Origin: an uncultured Clostridia bacterium
Lineage (GTDB): Bacteria; Bacillota; Clostridia; UBA1381
Length of the DNA: 64,000 nucleotides
Assembly: GCA_934462715.1 (NCBI GenBank)
Contig: CAKSIJ010000001.1
Span: 98,130 to 162,129 of the forward strand
Reading direction: 5' to 3'
Each line of letters begins with the position of its first letter. Position 1 is the first letter of the stretch. Of this stretch, positions 38,877 to 47,373 are shown piece after piece. Both the position numbers and the translations under genes were made by a program. The notes under the pieces are model-generated. The model was not told the origin of the DNA, did no database searches, and saw nothing but the letters and a program-made list of their open reading frames with translations.

Positions 38877-40925
38877 TTACACCTTTTTAAAATAATGTCC
38901 CCTTGTAAAGGTATTTTCTTTCATCCCTGCAGCTTTACCGCCGTTTAACGCATTTTGATAGTCAAGTATCACACTTTTACATTCTTCAGCCGATTCTATA
39001 GTAAATTCAAGCTTGTAAAAACTCACTCCGGTATCTTTGAGAGAATCGAGCTTGTCCGCCATATATATCGGCTTTGAATTGTACAAAACGGAAAAACACC
39101 CCTCGCTGCACAACAGAGGAAATACTTCCTTGTGTCTGTCGGTAAGATATTTACCATTCGGCGCACATACTCCCAAAGCCTTTGACGGGCAGTTCTCAAA
39201 TGTCATAAGCGGAAGTCTGCCGTATACCGTTATTTCGGTATCGCACTGCTTTTTTATATCTGCCGTTTCCTTTACGGTTAGTTCCTGTGAAAGCTCGCAT
39301 ACTTTACACTTTGAAAACAGCTTCAGCGAATATGAATTTGCTATGTTAAGCCTGAATCCGGCATAGCAATCGCTTTTGCAGCAGCTTATCTGTCCGTACG
39401 ATGATACCAGTCTTGCACCGTCATAATTTATTACAGGATTTTTGTTTTCTCTGTCAATCGGCGGCATTATTCGGATAAGCTCTGTATTATCCGGCAAGTC
39501 TATACCCTTTACATCTGTATTCCCCGGGAAATAAATTCTTTCAATTCCCGATTCTATACAAGCCTTAACCTGAGAATAATTTGCACATGAAGCGGTAAGA
39601 ATCGGCTTTTTCGGTACAATTTCTTCAAACTCTGTATGCACATCAAGCTTTCTGCGCTTTTTTGCGGTACATCTTTTTTTTGTTATTTCCTCAACCGCTT
39701 TACGTCTTAAAAGGTTTATCTCGCTTATCGGAATAACTGCATTTCTGTCTATATCGCAATGACACTCCGTACAGACAAACGGCAGACCGCCGAGCTTTTT
39801 CAGCTGCAGCTCCGCCCTTTCTGCCGACAGCGGCACATTCAGCGCATATTCTGCCTTTCTTTCTCCGTACACAGTTGCTTTATTTCCCGAATCGTCCGAA
39901 ACAGTCAGACGTGCCGGTGCTCCTATGTCAACGCTTAGTTCCATGCGGAGCGGAACTTTGACATTTTGCACATTCTCCGCACATCTTTCCTTTGCTTCAT
40001 CGGTGTATATGTTTTCGGCAGCATTTGACGGATTTTCATAGGACATCATGCCCTTACCTGTCTTTTTTGTAAGGTATCCGTCCGTAAATCCGCTTCTGTT
40101 AAATGCATTAAGCAGCTCGCTGTATTCTTCTTTCGCTGCCGTTCTGCGCCCGTCAAGACATTTTCTGTACACTCCGCAAACAGCCGATACATACTCTGCC
40201 CTTTTCAGCCGTCCCTCTATTTTAAGAGAGGTAACGCCGGCTTTTTCCAATTCGGCAAGATGGTTTATAAGGCACATATCCTTAGGACTTAACAGGTAAC
40301 CTTTTCCTATAGCTTTACCGTTATTTACAAAATTATACGGTAATCGGCACGGTTGTGCGCAGCTTCCTCTGTTTCCGCTTCTTGAACCGATCATCGAACT
40401 CATAAGGCATTGTCCAGAATAGCTCATACATATCGCACCGTGAACAAATACCTCGGTTTCCATAGATATACCGTGCGAGATTTTATCTATAGCTTCAATA
40501 TCCAACTCCCTTGCCAGCACAGCTCTTGAAAACCCGAGCGATTCAAGATATTTTGCACTTTCAAGAGAAGCGCAGGTCATCTGCGTGCTTGCATGGAACG
40601 GCAAATCCGGGAATCTTTTAATACATTCTGCCGCCATTCCTATATCCTGAATAATTACAGCATCCGCACCTATATCATTCAAAAAGCCTATATAATCGAT
40701 AAAGTCCGCACATTCCGATTCCTTTACAAGCGTGTTAGCCGCAACATGAACTGCCTTGCCTCTTAAATGGCAGTAATCAATGGCGGTTTTTAAGCTGTCA
40801 TTATTAAAATTCTTGCAGGAGGAGCGTGCGGAAAATCTTGTTCCTCCCAGATATACCGCATCAGCTCCGCTCTGTATTGCCGCACGGAGCGCATACTCCG
40901 AGCCTGCCGGGGCAAGAAGCTCCAT
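38877..40925 (-). CDS. Peptidase U32 family protein (long collagenase-like form).
   Basis: MELLAPAGSEYALRAAIQSGADAVYLGG is a U32 N-terminus. 682 aa. Confidence 0.8.
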   Translation of the reverse strand: MELLAPAGSEYALRAAIQSGADAVYLGGTRFSARSSCKNFNNDSLKTAIDYCHLRGKAVHVAANTLVKESECADFIDYIGFLNDIGADAVIIQDIGMAAECIKRFPDLPFHASTQMTCASLESAKYLESLGFSRAVLARELDIEAIDKISHGISMETEVFVHGAICMSYSGQCLMSSMIGSRSGNRGSCAQPCRLPYNFVNNGKAIGKGYLLSPKDMCLINHLAELEKAGVTSLKIEGRLKRAEYVSAVCGVYRKCLDGRRTAAKEEYSELLNAFNRSGFTDGYLTKKTGKGMMSYENPSNAAENIYTDEAKERCAENVQNVKVPLRMELSVDIGAPARLTVSDDSGNKATVYGERKAEYALNVPLSAERAELQLKKLGGLPFVCTECHCDIDRNAVIPISEINLLRRKAVEEITKKRCTAKKRRKLDVHTEFEEIVPKKPILTASCANYSQVKACIESGIERIYFPGNTDVKGIDLPDNTELIRIMPPIDRENKNPVINYDGARLVSSYGQISCCKSDCYAGFRLNIANSYSLKLFSKCKVCELSQELTVKETADIKKQCDTEITVYGRLPLMTFENCPSKALGVCAPNGKYLTDRHKEVFPLLCSEGCFSVLYNSKPIYMADKLDSLKDTGVSFYKLEFTIESAEECKSVILDYQNALNGGKAAGMKENTFTRGHYFKKV

Positions 40926-40992
40926 TTTTAACCCAATCCTTTCGTCAGCTGATTTATTTTTAAAGTATAATCCAAGCTCCCGTCATATCGGA

Positions 40993-41451
40993 TTACGGTT
41001 TAACGTCCAATTCTTCGAGCTTATTCTCATAGTCTTTCAGCTTGTTTTCATATTCATGCAGCCTTGCGTCAAGCTTTTCAAGCTTTTGCTTATACTCTTT
41101 TTTAAGCTCTGACATACTCTTATGCAAAAGCTTGTTTTCTTTTGTGGCTTCTTCAAGCTCTTTTGAATAATCAATAACCTGTTTGCGCAAGCTGTCCTCA
41201 TCGGAAATCAATAGTGATTTTTCGCTTTCGCTTATTTTTGAAAGCTCTGATTTTTTTGCGTCATCGCAGAATTTCAGCGCTGCAAGCACAGCGGCTTTTT
41301 CATATGTAAGCGTAGGATTTGAATATAAAAGCGAGGTTACGCTTTTGTCGACTCTTTCAGCCACGTCCGACAAGTATTCGGGCTTTTCATCAGATATGAT
41401 TCTAAAGCTTTTTCCTCCAATATTTATTCTTATACTGTATCCCTTTGACAC
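40993..41451 (-). CDS. zapA: Cell division protein ZapA-like with a C-terminal coiled coil.
   Basis: GTG at 41451 with a GGAGGA RBS. ZapA-like core SIRINIGGKSFRIISDEKPEYLSDVAERVD. Confidence 0.6.
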   Translation of the reverse strand: MSKGYSIRINIGGKSFRIISDEKPEYLSDVAERVDKSVTSLLYSNPTLTYEKAAVLAALKFCDDAKKSELSKISESEKSLLISDEDSLRKQVIDYSKELEEATKENKLLHKSMSELKKEYKQKLEKLDARLHEYENKLKDYENKLEELDVKP

Positions 41452-41799
41452 CGTGTTTCCTCCAATTCGTTTCTGTATATGCAATTGCAAAGCTATCGCT
41501 TTACAATTATAAAGCTTAAACAAAATGACAAGCAGATAATAAGTGTATTATCTTTCATTATATATTATACTACGCTTTTACCGATAAATCAATAGCAAAT
41601 TTCCAATATACTCCAATAAACCTTTTTATTTTTCAAAATAATCAAAAATGATGTCAAATTCAATCGTTTAATTGTTAATTTAACTTGTGAATTTAAGGTA
41701 AAATGTATAATGCGCTCACACCGCAAGGCATAAGCGCATTAAATTTCGGATATTGATATAACTGTTAATGTTCGTAATTCCGCCGCAATCCGGCAAATA

Positions 41800-43227
41800 T
41801 TACTTGACAACGCTTATTGCATCGGAAATTGTCTTTTCATACGCTTCACGTCCGTATGCGTCAACTCTTGCTTTATTTCTGTCGCCGTGAGTAAGACAGC
41901 CTGCACCGCCGATACAGCCGCCGACGCAAGCCATACCCTCTATAAAGTTTCCGTCAAGCATATTCTTTGACGCCTTCAACAGAGCAATTTTGCACGCCTC
42001 AATTCCGTCGCACGGAACGGCTTTAAGCTCAAAATTCTTGTCAAGCCCCTGTTCTTTCAGTCCCTGTGCCATCGCGTCAGAAAGTCCGCCGCTTCTTGCA
42101 AATATTCTTCCGAAATATGAAGCGTTATCGAGAATATCCTCCTCCATTTGAGTAATGTCGAGGTCACGGCTGTCGAACAGCGCCTGTAATTCCTCAAAGG
42201 TTATAACACAGTCGACATATTTTCTGACTTCCTCCTTTTGGAACTCGGATTTTTTTGCAATACACGGTCCTATAAATACAACCCTTGCGGTTTTATCAGT
42301 TTCTTTAATATACTTCGCTATCGTTGCCATAGGCGAAAGGTTATGAGAAACCTTATCGAGCATTGCAGGGAATTGCTTTTTTATATAATCAACGAATGCC
42401 GGGCAGCATGAGCTTGTCAAAAATCCTTTTTCTGCAAGCTCTCTTGCTTCAGCGGCGGCAACCATATCCGCACCGAGCGCAGCTTCGATTACCGTATAGA
42501 AGCCAAGTGCTTTTACGCCGGAGATAACCTGTCCGAGCTTAGCATAGGAAAACTGTGAGGCAATAGACGGAGCCGCCACGGCATACACCTTATACTCTGA
42601 ATTATTTGCGCTCTTTTTTATCGTGTCTATAGCGTTGATAATAAAGGATTTATCCATAATCGCACCGAACGGACACTGATAAACGCAGGCACCGCAGGAT
42701 ATACACTTGTCATTGTTTATTCGTGCGGTTTTATCATCATTCATGGCAATCGCTTTTACCTTGCAGGCATTCTGGCAAGGTCTTTTTAGATTCGCTATTG
42801 CTGTATACGGGCAGACTCTCGAACAAGCTCCGCACTCTATACATTTTGTCTTGTCGATATGTGCTTTCTGATGCTCATCAAAAGTTATCGCACCCTTTTT
42901 GCAAACGTCCTCACATCTATGAGCAAGACAGCCGCGGCAGGCATTTGTGACCTCATATCCGCCCACGGGACATTCGTCACAGGCAATATCTATCACTTCA
43001 ACCACGTTTTCATTTTCATGACTTCCGCCCATTGCCATTTTAACATACTTTGAAATTATCGCTCTGTCCTTATAAACACAGCAGCGCATTGTCGCTTCCT
43101 TGCCCGGAGCAATCATCTCGGGTATGTCGGATATTTTTTCAAACAGAGTATCATTCCACGCACAGCGTGCAACCTCTCTGAGTATTTTATACTTCAGGTG
43201 CTGTACCTTAGTATCAAATTTTCTCAT
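41800..43227 (-). CDS. hydA: [FeFe]-hydrogenase catalytic subunit, monomeric ferredoxin-dependent type (HydA2 / HfsD-like).
   Basis: Cys-rich ferredoxin-like N-terminus. H-cluster motifs SSCCPAF (L1), GPCIAKKSE (L2) and EGMACVGGCIGGAG (L3). Confidence 0.85.
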   Translation of the reverse strand: MRKFDTKVQHLKYKILREVARCAWNDTLFEKISDIPEMIAPGKEATMRCCVYKDRAIISKYVKMAMGGSHENENVVEVIDIACDECPVGGYEVTNACRGCLAHRCEDVCKKGAITFDEHQKAHIDKTKCIECGACSRVCPYTAIANLKRPCQNACKVKAIAMNDDKTARINNDKCISCGACVYQCPFGAIMDKSFIINAIDTIKKSANNSEYKVYAVAAPSIASQFSYAKLGQVISGVKALGFYTVIEAALGADMVAAAEARELAEKGFLTSSCCPAFVDYIKKQFPAMLDKVSHNLSPMATIAKYIKETDKTARVVFIGPCIAKKSEFQKEEVRKYVDCVITFEELQALFDSRDLDITQMEEDILDNASYFGRIFARSGGLSDAMAQGLKEQGLDKNFELKAVPCDGIEACKIALLKASKNMLDGNFIEGMACVGGCIGGAGCLTHGDRNKARVDAYGREAYEKTISDAISVVK

Positions 43228-43269
43228 TATTTCACCGTCCTCATATTGAATTATATCATTTTAAATTGA

Positions 43270-44439
43270 TTAAAAGTATGAAACCTTTATCCGCTTCCCC
43301 ATCTTTTTCAGACACTCGGAAAGCTCTTTTACCAGATTCATTTTTATATTAAAATTAATAGGCAAATCGGGATTCTGATGCGCAGGGTTCACCGCTTTAC
43401 CGACAAAGAAATTAATATCGGTTGCGTCCTCAAACAACATTCTGGATATTTGCGCAGCACCGTCATGACCCATTTCCCATTTTTCGTAATTCTCGTTATC
43501 GCTTATAAAATCCTTTGCATATTCGACCACACGGTTGACGGTTATAACTCCCTCCGTAACCAGATCAACGCCCTCAATTTCCGCCGTGGGCGGCAGATCC
43601 GACTCAAAATTCAGCGACGGTTTTATTTCCTTGCCAAGATATTTCGCAGCAATCGTTGAGGTTGTACCGCCGCATATGATGTGTTTGCCCTCTTTCGAGA
43701 AAAACAGCGACATCATTCTGTCATTATCGTCACGGTCGGCAGGGGGGCCGAAAAGAAGATTCATCGGATTCCGCTTTCTTATCCTTATAACGCAAGCGGT
43801 AGCGTCATCTCCGGGTTCTCCGCCGTAGAGAGTGTAGCACTCGTCTATCAGCATTGTTGCAATTGTTTTTGCATTGTAGCCGCCGCAGAAAACCGTTTCA
43901 ACGTAATCTGTAATATCCTCTCTTTTCCACCCGAAATTGTACGATATGCCTATTCCGGCATGAGGACAGCCGTCGCTCATAGCCACAATCAGATCGTTTT
44001 CTTTGAGCTTTATATCCGATTTATAAATTTTCTTTCCGTCTATGGTCATTTCGGTTTTCGGATAATCGAAATCGGAGCCGTCACGCAGGAATATTGCCTG
44101 CGGATTATCATACTGAATTATCTGTGCGGTATCATTGTTGATTATATTTATAACTGTAAATGTGGAATATGCCACGCCCCTCACCGAGCAGATAGGCAGG
44201 GTCTGCGCTATTGTTGACACACATTCCTCAAGAGGCAGTCCGGCGGCAAGCATGGTTGAAATTATCTTTGAGGTAAGCGTTGACAAAATGCTCGCCTTGA
44301 CTCCGCTCCCCAAACCGTCCGCAAGAACTATTATCATGGAATTGTCATTCGGATTTACTATCTCAACATGATCGCCGCAAAGCTCCTCACCGTAATGGTT
44401 TATGCTTTTGCAGCCTATGTCGGCACACAGATCATTCAT
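43270..44439 (-). CDS. PP2C/SpoIIE-type serine phosphatase (HfsC-like) with a C-terminal domain of unknown function.
   Basis: PPM motifs IIVLADGLGSG and GDDATACVI. Its start overlaps the hydS stop by 8 nt. Confidence 0.75.
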   Translation of the reverse strand: MNDLCADIGCKSINHYGEELCGDHVEIVNPNDNSMIIVLADGLGSGVKASILSTLTSKIISTMLAAGLPLEECVSTIAQTLPICSVRGVAYSTFTVINIINNDTAQIIQYDNPQAIFLRDGSDFDYPKTEMTIDGKKIYKSDIKLKENDLIVAMSDGCPHAGIGISYNFGWKREDITDYVETVFCGGYNAKTIATMLIDECYTLYGGEPGDDATACVIRIRKRNPMNLLFGPPADRDDNDRMMSLFFSKEGKHIICGGTTSTIAAKYLGKEIKPSLNFESDLPPTAEIEGVDLVTEGVITVNRVVEYAKDFISDNENYEKWEMGHDGAAQISRMLFEDATDINFFVGKAVNPAHQNPDLPINFNIKMNLVKELSECLKKMGKRIKVSYF

Positions 44440-46108
44440 CGGTTATCGTCTCCTTCAGCTTTGTTAAAGCAATCTTTGTTTCGGCTGCCGTTTCTCCCAA
44501 AAGTGACGCAATATCCTGTACAATTCTCATCTGCTTGTCAACAACCTTGTCCGCTATCTCTACCGTTTTTGCGCTGATTTCCTCTTTTTTTCGTCTTTCG
44601 TCCTCTTCATCGGATATATCCTTCATCATTCCTATAATAACATTATAATCGGAATCGTAGATCACCGTCATTTCTACATACTTGTGATACTCCGCAAGAT
44701 AAACCTTTTTGTCTGTAATATTTCTTCCGGTTTGCTTAACCGTCATAAAATCTGTCGGGTCAAGTATTCTCACCACAGGCTGACCCATAACGTCAGAGTT
44801 GCTTCTGATATTCATTATATTTCTTGCCGCACGGTTTATCTGCTGAACCTCCATTTCCTCGTTCAGCACAATTATACCGTTTGGCGTGTTATTTACAATG
44901 TTATCCGAAAAGCTCTCCGCTCTTTCCTTCAGATACGGCAGGCACATGGAAATTTCCGCTTTTCCTCTGAATACTGCCACCGCTTTTGCACGGCAGGTAT
45001 CATATCCGCACGAACCGCAGTTAAGCTCGTCCTCCGGCTTTGTCTTGCCCATTTTACGCAAAACCTCTCTTATCTGCATTTCGGACGGCTTATCGTGTAT
45101 CGCTTCTATCGGTTCAAACAGCTTTGTAAGTTTATCGGGCGACGGCTGCTCAACTTCAAAATCCGCATTTCCGGCATAATCGTTGATTGCCTTGTATCTT
45201 CGTATCGGCATATTTATGTTTTTATCCATCATCGGCCCGCCGATACAGCTGCCCTCGCATATTGACATTTCTATAAAGCATTTATGGATATTTCCGTTTT
45301 CAATATCCTTTAGTGCCGCAATACAGTTCTGTGCACCGTCAACAACCAGATAGGTGTACCCATCAACCGTCTTTCCCATCGTTCTGATTATTCCGCCCGA
45401 GGTCGGGAAAAGTCTTGCTTTGCTCGCTTCGTTATCGTCCAAATCACGCTCCGGTACAACGCTTTCGCTCTCCAGCCAATCCGAAAGCTCATCAAAGGTC
45501 AATACTGCGTCAACTATATTTTTATAATGCTCCGCTTCGTCTTTTTTTGCAACGCACGGGCCGATAAATACGGTTTTTGCACCTGGATTGCGTTCCTTGA
45601 TATCAATTGAATGTGCCTGCATGGGCGAATACACGTCTGCAAGATAAGGCAGTAATGCCGGGAAATATTTTTGAATCAAAAGATTTGCCGAATGACAGCA
45701 TGAGGATATTAAAACGTCCTTTTCGTTATTGCGAAGCATCCTGTTATATTCGTTTTTAACAACGGTAGCTCCTATGCTCGTTTCCTCGGCGTCAGCAAAA
45801 CCAATCTTTTTCAAAGCTTCTCTCATTCCGTTAATTCCCACGCCGGAATAATTCGCCGCAAAGGACGGAGCAATACTTGCAATCACAGGCACTCCGCTTT
45901 GTATAAACACCTTTACCTTTTCGGTTTCGTCAACAACCTCTTTTGCGTTCTGCGGACAGACCACAACGCAATGTCCGCACAAAATACACTCGTCACCGAC
46001 AATATGCGCCTGATTTCCGGAAAAACGTATAGATTTAACCGGGCAGTGACGTATACACTTATAGCAGTTTTTACAATTAGACTTTTTCAGTTTAAGACAA
46101 TCAGCCAC
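44432..46108 (-). CDS. hydS: Putative sensory [FeFe]-hydrogenase HydS (HfsB-like). 2x[4Fe4S] ferredoxin domain, H-cluster domain, Cx2Cx4Cx16C cluster motif and a C-terminal PAS domain.
   Basis: GTG start with RBS GGAGGG. CKNCYKCIRHCP and CILCGHCVVVCP. L1-3 variants SSCCHS, GPCVAKKDE and EMSICEGSC. CGSCGYDTC...(16)...MC. PAS-like NGIIVLNEEMEVQQINRAARNIMNI. Confidence 0.8.
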   Translation of the reverse strand: MADCLKLKKSNCKNCYKCIRHCPVKSIRFSGNQAHIVGDECILCGHCVVVCPQNAKEVVDETEKVKVFIQSGVPVIASIAPSFAANYSGVGINGMREALKKIGFADAEETSIGATVVKNEYNRMLRNNEKDVLISSCCHSANLLIQKYFPALLPYLADVYSPMQAHSIDIKERNPGAKTVFIGPCVAKKDEAEHYKNIVDAVLTFDELSDWLESESVVPERDLDDNEASKARLFPTSGGIIRTMGKTVDGYTYLVVDGAQNCIAALKDIENGNIHKCFIEMSICEGSCIGGPMMDKNINMPIRRYKAINDYAGNADFEVEQPSPDKLTKLFEPIEAIHDKPSEMQIREVLRKMGKTKPEDELNCGSCGYDTCRAKAVAVFRGKAEISMCLPYLKERAESFSDNIVNNTPNGIIVLNEEMEVQQINRAARNIMNIRSNSDVMGQPVVRILDPTDFMTVKQTGRNITDKKVYLAEYHKYVEMTVIYDSDYNVIIGMMKDISDEEDERRKKEEISAKTVEIADKVVDKQMRIVQDIASLLGETAAETKIALTKLKETITDE

Positions 46109-46146
46109 AGCATTTCCCTCCTTCGTACCGTAACATCGGGCTTTAA

Positions 46147-46386
46147 TTAAGCCTTTGCAAGAATTTCGGTATTAAAAAATTCCTCAACCGTTTCGGGACT
46201 GACAGAGAAAAATACATCGTCAACCATTGTACAGACTCCTTCACGGCATTTTCCCATACAGAATGTTCCCGCAAGCTCAACCTTATCTTCAAGCTTATTA
46301 TCGGCAATTAGCTTTTGCAGTGCTTCAACAACCTGTCTTGAACCTTTCAAATGACATGAGCTTCCAATACATACCGTAACCTTCAT
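46147..46386 (-). CDS. Thioredoxin-like [2Fe-2S] ferredoxin (NuoE/HfsA-like).
   Basis: 79 aa. CIGSSCHLKG ... CMGKCREGVC Cys pattern. Confidence 0.7.
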   Translation of the reverse strand: MKVTVCIGSSCHLKGSRQVVEALQKLIADNKLEDKVELAGTFCMGKCREGVCTMVDDVFFSVSPETVEEFFNTEILAKA

Positions 46387-46518
46387 AATTCATCTACCCT
46401 TTCTTATCTTACAGGCAACCGGAAAATCAACGCTTTTCAATTACCCGCTATTTATTTAAAACACCGTAAATATTGAAAAAATACCTCCGGTGCATTTTTC
46501 ATGTAGTAAGCACAGAAC

Positions 46519-46555
46519 TTTCAGCCGCAAAAACAGTGTTTTTTTGCAGCTGAAA
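46519..46555. promoter_or_regulatory. 37-bp near-perfect palindrome between the kinase-like gene and the ferredoxin/hydS operon. Candidate operator or attenuator hairpin.
   Basis: TTTCAGCCGCAAAAACA g TGTTTTTTTGCAGCTGAAA. No U-tract follows it on the coding (minus) strand. Confidence 0.35.
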
Positions 46556-46610
46556 GCCGTTAAATCCATTTATTATTTTTTCTTCCGTTATACTCTTTTT
46601 TCAAGAGCTT

Positions 46611-47360
46611 TTATTCATAATCCACAACGTCAACCCATGACAAAAGGAACTCTCTTTCCTCGGGCTTGCCCTTAACCGACTGTGACGCCGCAACGATAGG
46701 CAGCCATTTTTCAACATACTGTCTTGCGGTATCGCTCTTTTTGCAGAAAAGCTCAAGATATTTTCTTGCCTTTTCTTCGTCATCCTCAAGACGGAACAAA
46801 AGATAGGTTCTTGCTGCGTCCGCCGAGGCATTTCCCTGAGTTGCGTGCGACCAGTCAAGTATGAACAATTCACCGCTGTCCGTAACTATTATATTGCTCG
46901 GATTAAAATCTCCGTGGCAAAGTTTGTTATGCTTCGGCATACTTGCAAGTCTTGTATGCAAATCATACCTCGTTGTTGCGTCAAGCTGAGCCTGTGTGAT
47001 TTTTCTGTCCATTTTATCCTTCAGCTTATTTAAAAGAGGTGCTTTTTTGCTGTGCATTTCAAGCTGCAAATCGACAAACATTTCAAGATATTCGTCAAGC
47101 TTATCGGGATTTTCCTGCATAAGCGCTCCGAGATTCTTTCCCTCGATAAAATCCGAAACAATTGCCCAGTTGCCGTCTATAACCGTTACCTCTCTGATTT
47201 TCGGAATATTAAGACCGGTTTCCTCCGTTCTCGCCTGGTTCAGCGCTTCGTTGAGTACGTCAGCCTTTGAATAGTTTTTATCAAAAACCTTAACCGCAGC
47301 GTCACCCGAACGATACACTGTTTTATTTGTTCTTTCGGCTACAATCTTATCAAGCTTCAT
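46611..47360 (-). CDS. Small atypical protein-kinase-like phosphotransferase (APH / Bud32 / RIO / Kdo-kinase-like fold).
   Basis: ATG at 47360 with RBS GGAGGG, 13 nt after the adhE stop. Motifs AAVKVF (Lys), IVSDFIEG (hinge), CHGDFNPSNIIV (catalytic loop) and ILDWSHA. The track ORF begins 45 nt further upstream. Confidence 0.6.
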   Translation of the reverse strand: MKLDKIVAERTNKTVYRSGDAAVKVFDKNYSKADVLNEALNQARTEETGLNIPKIREVTVIDGNWAIVSDFIEGKNLGALMQENPDKLDEYLEMFVDLQLEMHSKKAPLLNKLKDKMDRKITQAQLDATTRYDLHTRLASMPKHNKLCHGDFNPSNIIVTDSGELFILDWSHATQGNASADAARTYLLFRLEDDEEKARKYLELFCKKSDTARQYVEKWLPIVAASQSVKGKPEEREFLLSWVDVVDYE

Positions 47361-47373
47361 GCCATATCCCTCC

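Noticed and set aside
41524-41799. Possible Rex-like site AATTGTTAATTTAACTTG downstream of hydA
   Set aside because: It fits the TTGTTAAnnnnTTAACAA consensus on only one half-site and lies downstream of the operon rather than in a promoter.
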